Assembly: GCA_964443625.1 (NCBI GenBank)
Contig: CAYUDM010000004.1
Coordinates: forward strand, 8,143-72,142
From: an uncultured Smithella sp.
GTDB lineage: Bacteria; Desulfobacterota; Syntrophia; Syntrophales; Smithellaceae
Direction: 5' to 3'
DNA length: 64,000 nt
A program made the position numbers and the translations under genes. Numbering within the stretch: the stretch's first letter is position 1; every line of letters begins with the position of its first letter. Below the pieces are notes generated by a model that was not told where the DNA came from, made no database searches, and saw only the letters and a list, made by a program, of their open reading frames with translations. This document shows positions 1 through 7,613 of this stretch, in pieces.

Positions 1-205
1 GGCCGCAATCCGAATGCAGGATTCGCTGATGTAATAGGCCTTGGCGTCGTTCTGCGCTCTGGCCTGATTGAGCTCAGCGGTGGAGGTCAGCGTGTACATT
101 CCGACGCCCAAAACCGCCAGAACAACCATGGCAATGATAACAAAGACCAGCGTGGAGCCTGATTCTTTTCGGATGAATATTCCTTTCACGTGCTTCCTTT
201 CCACA
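1..205 (-). CDS. PilX-like minor pilin / pilus assembly protein, N-terminal part only; the gene continues past the window start
   Basis: I translated the minus strand by hand: (GTG)ERKHVKGIFIRKESGSTLVFVIIAMVVLAVLGVGMYTLTSTAELNQARAQNDAKAYYISESC. It has a GS-TLV hydrophobic N-terminus typical of the PilX_N family. An AAGGAG RBS lies 6 nt upstream of the GTG at 205. It sits directly downstream of three prepilin-type genes. Confidence 0.5.
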
Positions 206-215
206 TTGAACTCCT

Positions 216-770
216 TTAGTTCAAAGCCGGCACATTTTTTAAATCCGTCTGCCTGGGGTTTATCGTGGTTTGAAAATTCAGCGTTTCACCATTGCTTTGT
301 CGTAAAGACAACTGAACGCGTATTTGAGTAAGCTCATTAAAATTCGTTGGTGTTCTCACCCACGCGCTTCCGTCGGCTTTAAAATATGAGAATAACGCTT
401 GCGCCTCAGAGACGTTGTCGATGAGGATGCCGGATTCCTGAGTTACCCCATTCACAGATCGATACATGTCAATCTTATTGCCGCTGCGCTCAATGACATA
501 AGTTTCGCCATCCAAAGAGGATTGATATGCGATCCTTGTTGTTGTCGCCGTTTGGATATTTTCGGCATACGTTAATTCTTTTTTTATCCGGGCCATGGCA
601 ACCTGGGCTTTTTGCGACAGTTGCGTCGCTTCGCCCGCAAAGAGGTAGCTTTCCACCCCTTTGATCAGTCCCATACTCAATCCAACGGCCAATATTCCCA
701 CAATCGCCAGAACAATGATGACTTCAATCAGTGTAAAGCCCGATGCGCTTTTTTTATATAATTTCTTCAT
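216..770 (-). CDS. Prepilin-type minor pilin (PilW/MshO-like), 184 aa
   Basis: N-terminal cleavage/methylation motif KSASG|FTLIEVIIVLAIVGILAV with a conserved Glu5. It lies in an operon with other pseudopilins. Confidence 0.75.
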   Translation of the reverse strand: MKKLYKKSASGFTLIEVIIVLAIVGILAVGLSMGLIKGVESYLFAGEATQLSQKAQVAMARIKKELTYAENIQTATTTRIAYQSSLDGETYVIERSGNKIDMYRSVNGVTQESGILIDNVSEAQALFSYFKADGSAWVRTPTNFNELTQIRVQLSLRQSNGETLNFQTTINPRQTDLKNVPALN

Positions 771-778
771 GGAGTCGC

Positions 779-1129
779 CTATTGAGTAAAAATGGAAAAA
801 ACGGTCTGCTCGCCATCAGAGCAGGTAACCTGTAGATGGGGCATCGCGGTTGTATAATCCGCAAGGCTTTGGGTGATCGTACAGGTGCAATCTTCCGGGC
901 AAGAGATCGTCGATAAGTTTAGCGTGCCTGCCGTCGCCTGCTGACGATACTGGGCTGTCACCGTTTCCATCTTTTGGATAAGCGCGTACTGTCTTTGGAC
1001 TTGCCGGGCGGGAATGGCGCTTCCAGTAAAGGCTCTTCCGAAATAGGCCAAAAATGCCGTGGCGGCAATCGCCAGAATAACAATCGTCACGATGACTTCA
1101 ATGAGTGTAAACCCAGTTTGCTTTTTCAT
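779..1129 (-). CDS. Prepilin-type minor pilin (PilV/MshD-like), 116 aa
   Basis: MKKQTG|FTLIEVIVTIVILAIAA N-methylation motif. Four Cys in the C-terminal half. A 4-nt overlap with the upstream gene suggests translational coupling. Confidence 0.75.
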   Translation of the reverse strand: MKKQTGFTLIEVIVTIVILAIAATAFLAYFGRAFTGSAIPARQVQRQYALIQKMETVTAQYRQQATAGTLNLSTISCPEDCTCTITQSLADYTTAMPHLQVTCSDGEQTVFSIFTQ

Positions 1130-1623
1130 GGCACATATCCTGTGAGGGGGTGGATCATAACGCTTTGAAGGTTTCCTCCACTTTTCGCACTGACTTGAAT
1201 CGATAACGGGTGAGCCATCTTTGTCGTCGAATTCGGCGCGTGGGGAATACCGCGATTATCGAAATACACAGTAAAATTCTGATTAAACGTTATTTTTTTC
1301 GCGTCCAGGTCGATCTTCCGGTCGGCAGTCGCAAATTGTGCATCATCAGGCAAAAGCATGATATTGGTCGTCTCGGTGCCCCGATACATCCAGTATTGAT
1401 TGGCCCCGCTGTCATAGGTAATTCCGGCTCCCTCATTGGCGTTCATGGCCACAGTCTGTGCGTATCGGATATGAGATTTCAGTGCGTCCGCTCCCGTGTA
1501 AACCTCCGCGTCAAACCGGGTCGCCCGATTGACGACCAAAACGGCCATAATGCCTAAAACGGCCAAAACGGTAATGACCTCAAGCAAAGTGAAGCCCTCG
1601 TTACTTCGTATGTTGAATTTCAT
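1126..1623 (-). CDS. Prepilin-type minor pilin (GspH/FimT-like), 165 aa
   Basis: RSNEG|FTLLEVITVLAVLGIMAV motif. Its size and the IRYAQTVAM-type segment resemble GspH/FimT pseudopilins. Confidence 0.7.
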   Translation of the reverse strand: MKFNIRSNEGFTLLEVITVLAVLGIMAVLVVNRATRFDAEVYTGADALKSHIRYAQTVAMNANEGAGITYDSGANQYWMYRGTETTNIMLLPDDAQFATADRKIDLDAKKITFNQNFTVYFDNRGIPHAPNSTTKMAHPLSIQVSAKSGGNLQSVMIHPLTGYVP

Positions 1624-1624
1624 C

Positions 1625-2221
1625 TCAGGTTTCCCCTGCGATATTTTTTTCCGGCAGTGAACGGATGGCGGCTAAAAGCAAAACTCCAAACACAAAAGCT
1701 GCTGCGGTCAGAGTGAAAATATAAACTACCGCGCCGGAAAAAGAAACGATGAATTCCAAAATAAGCGCATTTATAAAAAGAAACCCGATATGAATGAACA
1801 TGGCGTGGTGAATATAGCGGATCAGGATTGGCTGCCGTAACATCAGGAAAGCGGATATTAAAATGAAAATTCCGCTTGCTAAAGCCAGCCAGGGTTGGAT
1901 CTTCAACCAGGCTGGAATCTCAAAAGAGGATAGTATTCCGGAAAGGCCCAAAATCGTAACGCTTCCGGCGATGAAATAAAAGAACCCGACCGTCAGATAG
2001 ATGAACGCGCACTGGCTGATCGTCGTAACGGGCTCTGTAAATGTCGCCTTTCCCGGACGGGTTATCCCCTTCTTTAAGAAATAATCGCTTCCTGGAACGT
2101 CAAGCGTTTTTTTGTCCGTTTTTGCTATTGCGGCAAGAATCCGGTCCGTCAGGTCCTCCGGCGCAGATACAGGGCGGGCATTTTTCATGAGTCGGATAAT
2201 ATGCAAATATTTTTCTTCCAC
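1625..2221 (-). CDS. Polytopic membrane protein; putative anti-sigma factor, called from position only
   Basis: A ~65-aa soluble N-terminus is followed by about 4 hydrophobic helices. It is immediately downstream of an ECF sigma gene. No zf-HC2 (HxxxCxxC) motif is visible, so the anti-sigma call is positional. Confidence 0.4.
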   Translation of the reverse strand: MEEKYLHIIRLMKNARPVSAPEDLTDRILAAIAKTDKKTLDVPGSDYFLKKGITRPGKATFTEPVTTISQCAFIYLTVGFFYFIAGSVTILGLSGILSSFEIPAWLKIQPWLALASGIFILISAFLMLRQPILIRYIHHAMFIHIGFLFINALILEFIVSFSGAVVYIFTLTAAAFVFGVLLLAAIRSLPEKNIAGET

Positions 2222-2275
2222 GCAGACAATCCTTTATAGCCTATACAATCCGGAAACGCGGAAAGTCACATTTTT

Positions 2276-2836
2276 TTATGATTTCAGACATTTTTTTAAC
2301 TTTTCCAGGCCTCGATAGGTGCGCATTTTTACGGCACTCACCGATTTTCCGGTAATTTTGGCGATTTCCTCAAAAGACAAGCCCTGGTAATAGCGCAGGA
2401 CAATGACCTCTCTCAAATCTTCAGGAAGCCTCAGAAGGCACTTTTTAAGAAGATTCTCTTCGCTTGCAGCCGGCACGTTTTCAGGCGGTTGATGACCGGA
2501 GGCGCTTTTTCCCTTTCCTGTGAAGACGATTTCGTTTTCATGCCTGCGTCGTCTGGAGACGCTTTTCAGATGATTGCGGATCAGATTGATGCTGATGGAA
2601 TAAAGCCACGTGAAAAAGCTTCGGTCTGTCTGAAATTTTGAAAGATGAACATACGCTCGAATGAAAGTTTCCTGCGTGAGATCTTCCGCTTCGGACAGAT
2701 CGCCGGTCATTCGGCATGCCAGGTTGAAAATGGGTGTTTTGTATTTCAAAACGAGATTAGCATAAGCGTTTGAGTCGCCTTTTAAAACAATGTCAATGTT
2801 TTCTGCGTCCGTCTTTTGATTCATGGGCACATCCAT
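2276..2836 (-). CDS. ECF-type RNA polymerase sigma-70 family factor (sigma-24 group)
   Basis: Region 2 segment AEDLTQETFIRAYVHLSKFQTDRSFFTWLYSISINLIRNHLK. Region 4 HTH segment REVIVLRYYQGLSFEEIAKITGKSVSAVKMRTYRGLEKL. Confidence 0.9.
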   Translation of the reverse strand: MDVPMNQKTDAENIDIVLKGDSNAYANLVLKYKTPIFNLACRMTGDLSEAEDLTQETFIRAYVHLSKFQTDRSFFTWLYSISINLIRNHLKSVSRRRRHENEIVFTGKGKSASGHQPPENVPAASEENLLKKCLLRLPEDLREVIVLRYYQGLSFEEIAKITGKSVSAVKMRTYRGLEKLKKCLKS

Positions 2837-2883
2837 CCGGTTTCCTTTAAACGCTCAAACACAAACAGCGATAGGCATGGAAA

Positions 2884-2912
2884 ATAATAGTATTCACCCC
2901 GCTGAATATCAA
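2884..2912 (-). promoter_or_regulatory. Candidate sigma-70 promoter for the ECF sigma / minor-pilin operon
   Basis: The minus strand reads TTGATA-N17-TATTAT, about 45 nt upstream of the ATG at 2836. Confidence 0.35.
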
Positions 2913-3111
2913 GTAAATTCAAGCAAAAACGACAAATTTATTTTGGACAAATCACAAAATTCATAGTAGGTACCTAAACATTATTATTCTGACGTTAATC
3001 GATCGAACGGAATCTTTGAACAAGAGCCGAGGCTAAACCTATTAAAGAAAGACTTTCATAAGAAACCTTACCGCCCCCATGCTTATGACTTTTTTATGTA
3101 GAGGCATTTAG

Positions 3112-5187
3112 ATGCTGACAAAGCAAAACGGTTTTACTCTTCCGGTTCAGTTTAACCGTCCTTTTAACCGCGATTTTATCTTCACCTGCATTGCGCTTTT
3201 AACAGCCTTGCTGATTATTTACTCAAACAGTTTTCAAGGGGACTGGCATTTCGACGATTTTGCCAATATCGTTGAAAATCCGCATGTTCAATTAAAGTCT
3301 TTTTCCAGCTCAGACCTCAATAAATGCATATCCGGAATTAAAAAAGACGGATTATCCAGACCTTTGTCGTATCTTAGTTTTGCCATGAACTATAGAATCA
3401 GCGGCATGGACGTTTTGAGTTTTCACCTGGTCAATTTCGCCATTCACTACCTTTCGTCCATTTTTTTGTTTCTATTGATCCTAAACACATTGAAATTGCC
3501 GCGCCTGAAAGATGAATTTGCCGGTATCGCCTATCCGGTTGCCCTTCTTTCTGTTTTTTTCTGGGCGCTCAATCCTGTGCATGTCACCTCCGTCAGTTAT
3601 ATTGTCCAACGGATGACTTCGATGGCCGGCATGTTTTACATTCTGTCGATGTATCTTTATCTCAAAGGCAGAACTTCTGAAAAAGCCGGCCAGGCAATTC
3701 TATTTTTTGTCGCCTGTTTTCTGTCTGCGATGGCCGCCTTTCTTTCAAAGGAAAATGCGATCCTTCTTCCTGCCAGTATTGCTTTGTATGATTTACTTTT
3801 CATTCAAACGGCGACCAAAACCAACATCAAACGACTCTTTAAAATTCTGATTCTTCCGGCCCTACTCGTTATTATAATCGGCTATCTGTATTCCGGCGGC
3901 TTTTCCAATGCCCTTTCCGGTTATCACATTAGGGACTTTTCTCTGACGGATAGGATTTTAACCCAACCGCGCGTCTTGATTTTCTATCTTTCGCTTTTGT
4001 TTTATCCGATCGGTTCCCGGCTGACATTGCTGTATGATATTGAAGTTTCCCGTTCTCTTTTGCAGCCCTGGACGACGATTCCCGCCATCCTTTTGATTGT
4101 CTTATCCATTGTCCTGGCTCTATTTTTGGCCAGAAAACGGCCGCTCATCTCGTTTTGCATTCTTTTTTACTTTTTAAATCACATTATCGAAAGCAGCATC
4201 CTGCCTCTGGAAATGATATACGAACACCGCAACTATATCCCTTCCATGTTTTTATTTGTTCCGATTGCCAATCTTGCTGTTTGGGTCATCGATTATTTCT
4301 CTTATAGAAGGGTCATTCAATTTCTCGTTTGCGCCTCTGTGGTCGTTCTTTTGGCGGGCCTTGGAGATGCCACCTACCGTCGCAACGACATCGTAAGCGA
4401 TGATTTTAAACTTTGGTTTGACAATATCGAAAAATCTCCCGGATTGAGCAGACCTCATTCCAATCTTGGGGTTTATCTAACCAAACTCGGAGAAGACGAC
4501 AAAGCCATTATTGAATATCAGAAAGCTCTTTCTTTGAACAATTTCGGCAGCTCTCAGGCTAGGAGCATTCATCTGCATAACATGGGAATTTATTATTATA
4601 AAAAACGGGACTATGACAAGGCGATGCCGTTTTTTGAAGAATCCAGGAAAAACTTGAGCCGTTATATCCCCAATTACCCTTATATCGCCAGATTGCTTTT
4701 GTTAAGCGGACAAACACAGCAAGCTAAATCCCTAATAAAAGATAAACTTGAAAAATATCCCTCTAATTTAGCGCTGATGGAAACCTACATTCTGCTTTTG
4801 ATCAAGGGGGGGAATTTTAACGAAGCGGAAACCGCCTTGCGTGTTCTTTTGCAAAAAGACATCTCGCATGCTTTTGCTCGAGTGTGCCTGGCAGAAATCG
4901 AACGCCAAAACGGAAACGATAGCGCCGCTGCTTTCTTTTGGTCTTTATATCAGACCTCCATGCCGGAGGATCCTTATGCGGCTGTAGCACTCATCGAGAT
5001 TTATTACCGCCTGAATGATAGAAGGTCTCTTGATGATCAGATCTCCAGGTTAATCTGCCTGGAAGGGCGGACCCCTTTGAAAACATTTCTGCGTGAACTA
5101 TTTTTAGACAAACAGATTTTGATTTATGCGCCGGACGAGTCTGAAATTCTAAAAATTATTCAAAAAAGATTGGCAAAGATAGAATAG
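3112..5187 (+). CDS. Multi-pass membrane protein with C-terminal TPR repeats; GT-C fold, TMTC/PMT-like putative protein O-glycosyltransferase
   Basis: About 11 hydrophobic helices in the first ~420 aa. The first-loop motif GDWHFDDFANIVENPHV resembles the FxFDD..AI..N motif of TMTC/DUF1736-type GT-C enzymes. The C-terminal ~250 aa carry TPR-like repeats (AIIEYQKALSLN, YDKAMPFFEES). Confidence 0.6.
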   Translation: MLTKQNGFTLPVQFNRPFNRDFIFTCIALLTALLIIYSNSFQGDWHFDDFANIVENPHVQLKSFSSSDLNKCISGIKKDGLSRPLSYLSFAMNYRISGMDVLSFHLVNFAIHYLSSIFLFLLILNTLKLPRLKDEFAGIAYPVALLSVFFWALNPVHVTSVSYIVQRMTSMAGMFYILSMYLYLKGRTSEKAGQAILFFVACFLSAMAAFLSKENAILLPASIALYDLLFIQTATKTNIKRLFKILILPALLVIIIGYLYSGGFSNALSGYHIRDFSLTDRILTQPRVLIFYLSLLFYPIGSRLTLLYDIEVSRSLLQPWTTIPAILLIVLSIVLALFLARKRPLISFCILFYFLNHIIESSILPLEMIYEHRNYIPSMFLFVPIANLAVWVIDYFSYRRVIQFLVCASVVVLLAGLGDATYRRNDIVSDDFKLWFDNIEKSPGLSRPHSNLGVYLTKLGEDDKAIIEYQKALSLNNFGSSQARSIHLHNMGIYYYKKRDYDKAMPFFEESRKNLSRYIPNYPYIARLLLLSGQTQQAKSLIKDKLEKYPSNLALMETYILLLIKGGNFNEAETALRVLLQKDISHAFARVCLAEIERQNGNDSAAAFFWSLYQTSMPEDPYAAVALIEIYYRLNDRRSLDDQISRLICLEGRTPLKTFLRELFLDKQILIYAPDESEILKIIQKRLAKIE

Positions 5188-5235
5188 CTTTTTTTCTTTC
5201 CAGAAGACGTTGAACGGAAAAATTTATTGGCCTTT

Positions 5236-5601
5236 TCAGGGTGATGCACTGGGAGACACCCAGGTTCCAGTAACATTCGGGTCCAGCGCAACGCCTTTCA
5301 CCGAACTGACCCGAATAAGCCCCGTATCGCTGAAAGAAACGGTGAAATCGGTGCCGACATTCGGATTATTGCCCACCATCTCAACAACGGATGCCACTTG
5401 CGGCGCTTTCCCGCTTTTCATGAATATCAGGGCATAAGATTTGTTTGCGCGGGACTTCACTTCGGCTAGCGCTGCTTGTGCCGCGCTGATTCTTGCCTGA
5501 TCCTGCATGCCAATGTAGCGTGGAATAGCCACTGCAGCGAGAATTCCAAAAATCACGATCACGGCGATGAGTTCGATCAGCGTAAAGCCCTTTTCATTCA
5601 T
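5236..5601 (-). CDS. Type IV pilin, paralog 2
   Basis: MNEKG|FTLIELIAVIVIFGILAAVAIPRY. It aligns over its full length with the upstream pilin. The ORF can be extended to 5622, but the short 5-aa leader is more typical. Confidence 0.85.
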   Translation of the reverse strand: MNEKGFTLIELIAVIVIFGILAAVAIPRYIGMQDQARISAAQAALAEVKSRANKSYALIFMKSGKAPQVASVVEMVGNNPNVGTDFTVSFSDTGLIRVSSVKGVALDPNVTGTWVSPSASP

Positions 5602-5635
5602 GAACACTTTTTCTCTTTTCATTTATTTTAGATTC

Positions 5636-5682
5636 TAAAAAAAGAGCGTGGAGCATTTCGTCGCGTCCACGCTCTTTTTTTC
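5636..5682 (-). terminator. Rho-independent, bidirectional-looking terminator/attenuator between the two pilin genes
   Basis: Stem AGAGCGTGGA (5643-5652) pairs with TCCACGCTCT (5666-5675). It is flanked by an A-run on one side and a T-run on the other, so either strand reads hairpin plus U-tract. Confidence 0.7.
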
Positions 5683-5700
5683 ATAAAACATATTCTCCTG

Positions 5701-6078
5701 TTAAGGATTCGTCGGATAGATCCAAGTGCCTGTCACTGGCGAATCTAGCGTAACGTTCTTAACAGCCGATACGTTAATTCTTCCATTACCACCTGAGGCG
5801 GTAAAAGTCGCCGCGAAATCATCGCCTAAGTCTACCGGACTGCCTACGGATGCAATAACAGCGGCAGCCGTTGGCGCAGAACCAGTTCTGAGTAATTTTA
5901 ATGCATAAAACTGATTGGCCCTGGACTGAACTTCCGCGATGGCTCCCTGAGCTGCATTGATTCTCGCTTCATTTTGCAAATCAATGTATCTCGGGACCGC
6001 GACAGCCGCCAGAATGCCCAAAATAACTAAAACAGCGATTATTTCAATTAACGTAAAGCCTTTTTGATTCCGAATCAT
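5701..6078 (-). CDS. Type IV major pilin, paralog 1
   Basis: MIRNQKG|FTLIEIIAVLVILGILAAVAVPRYIDLQNEARINAA. A strong AGGAGG RBS lies 8 nt upstream. It is followed by a strong hairpin. Confidence 0.9.
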   Translation of the reverse strand: MIRNQKGFTLIEIIAVLVILGILAAVAVPRYIDLQNEARINAAQGAIAEVQSRANQFYALKLLRTGSAPTAAAVIASVGSPVDLGDDFAATFTASGGNGRINVSAVKNVTLDSPVTGTWIYPTNP

Positions 6079-6130
6079 AAAATCCCCTCCTTGATAGGTC
6101 GATTACACACTTAATTTTTCTTCAAATAAT

Positions 6131-6146
6131 TCAAATTCTATGCCAT
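6131..6146 (-). promoter_or_regulatory. Candidate sigma-54 (-24/-12) promoter of the pilin gene
   Basis: The minus strand reads TGGCAT-agaat-TTGA, against the consensus TGGCAC-N5-TTGC. It has correct GG-N10-G spacing but A instead of C at -12. It lies ~55 nt upstream of the pilin ATG, next to a sigma-54 activator gene. Confidence 0.4.
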
Positions 6147-6292
6147 TTGCGGATTTTTCACGGCACAGCCAGGTAAAAACATCTTACTTATTTAATTTCA
6201 TTGGTTTTATTCTATTTACGATTTCCGACCTCCTTTCCGTTCAATTCCATCAACTCAGTAAATTCACCAGAAATTGAATAAGGCATCTACAA

Positions 6293-7606
6293 TTATTGTA
6301 GATGTTTAATGCCTGCCACATCGATTTCATGCTTTTTAATTCGATGCCAAAGGCTCCTTTGGTTGATGCCAAGCATCGCAGCCGCTTTCACCTGAACGCC
6401 TCCGCTTTGTCGCAGTGCATCCAAAATGAGATCTTTTTCCATCAATTTTATTTTGTCGTCGAGCGATATGCTGCCATCCAAAATATTACCGGATACGACC
6501 GGATTGTTTTTTCTGACCGCTTCAGGCAAGTGATGGACTTCTATCAGTCCATCTTCACTCATGATCGACGCGCGTTCGATGATGTTTTTAAGCTCCCGGA
6601 TATTTCCGGACCAGGAGTATCCGATAAGCACCTGGAGGGCCGAGGCGGAAAGCTTTACCGGCTTTTCAGAAGATTGCAGAAAATAACTGACCAAAAGTGA
6701 AATATCCTCGCGTCTTTCCCGAAGCGGCGGCATGTCGATCGAAAAGACGTTGAGACGAAAATAAAGATCCTCCCGGAACTTTCCTTCTCTAATCAATTGC
6801 TGCAGATTTTTGTTGGTGGCGGCGATAAAACGGACATCCACCCGGATGGGCTTTGTGCCGCCGACACGCTCGAATTCTTTTTCCTGAAGCGCTCTCAAAA
6901 GCTTGGCCTGGGTGGCCATCGGCATGTCACCAATTTCGTCTAAAAAGACGGTGCCCCCGTCGGCGATTTCGAATTTCCCTTTTTTCTGATGCGTTGCGCC
7001 GGTAAATGATCCCTTTTCATGTCCGAACAGTTCGCTCTCCAGCAAACCTTCGGGAATGGCCACGCAGTTGATCGCCACAAAAGGCTTCCCTTTTCTTTGG
7101 CTGTGTTCGTAAATGCTCGTCGCGATCATTTCTTTTCCAGTTCCGCTTTCTCCGGTAATTAAAACGGTGGAATCCGTCGGGGCGACTTTGATGATTTGCG
7201 TAAAGATATTGCGCATCGCTGCGCTTGATCCAATAATGCTGGGAAAAAGCTCCTTGGCTTCGACATTGCTTAGAATATTGGCCACGGAATTGAAGACTTC
7301 GGTGATTTCACCGATGTCTTCGGTTACTTCGGCCCGTTTTTCTTTTCTTTCCGCCGAAAATATCGGCATTTTTTTCGTTTTTTCCACAAAATCAACCAGC
7401 GGCTTTAGAAGGAGGCGCAAAATAAAATAGCTCACGACAAAAGTTACGCAGCCAAGCGCCAAAGACAGGGTCAACGAATTGATATAGGTATGGCGTGACG
7501 GCTGGGCTGCCAGCTGGTAAGTGATGAGAACGCTCAAAACGGTAATTCCCGTAAGAATGACCGGAATCAGAATATGCAGCTTAACGTAAAAATTTTTCTT
7601 CTTCAT
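6293..7606 (-). CDS. Sigma-54-dependent transcriptional activator (bEBP) with a two-helix membrane anchor in place of a receiver domain
   Basis: AAA+ core with GESGTGKE (Walker A), GSFTGA (GAFTGA loop variant) and FLDEIGDM (Walker B). C-terminal Fis-type [22 protein letters not shown]. The N-terminal 70 aa contain two TM helices, and no Asp-receiver motifs are seen. Confidence 0.9.
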   Translation of the reverse strand: MKKKNFYVKLHILIPVILTGITVLSVLITYQLAAQPSRHTYINSLTLSLALGCVTFVVSYFILRLLLKPLVDFVEKTKKMPIFSAERKEKRAEVTEDIGEITEVFNSVANILSNVEAKELFPSIIGSSAAMRNIFTQIIKVAPTDSTVLITGESGTGKEMIATSIYEHSQRKGKPFVAINCVAIPEGLLESELFGHEKGSFTGATHQKKGKFEIADGGTVFLDEIGDMPMATQAKLLRALQEKEFERVGGTKPIRVDVRFIAATNKNLQQLIREGKFREDLYFRLNVFSIDMPPLRERREDISLLVSYFLQSSEKPVKLSASALQVLIGYSWSGNIRELKNIIERASIMSEDGLIEVHHLPEAVRKNNPVVSGNILDGSISLDDKIKLMEKDLILDALRQSGGVQVKAAAMLGINQRSLWHRIKKHEIDVAGIKHLQ

Positions 7607-7613
7607 TTTTCCC

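Noticed and set aside
187-207. An ATG with an excellent AAGGAG RBS opens a 6-codon mini-ORF (MWKGST*) just upstream of the PilX-like gene.
   Set aside because: It is out of frame with the hydrophobic PilX-like reading frame. The overlapping GTG at 205 uses the same RBS at better spacing and gives a sensible N-terminus, so I annotated that instead.
3112-3150. The N-terminus of the GT-C/TPR protein reads MLTKQNGFTLPVQ, which resembles a prepilin leader (K.GFTL).
   Set aside because: It lacks the invariant Glu5 and the contiguous hydrophobic helix directly after the motif. This is most likely coincidence.
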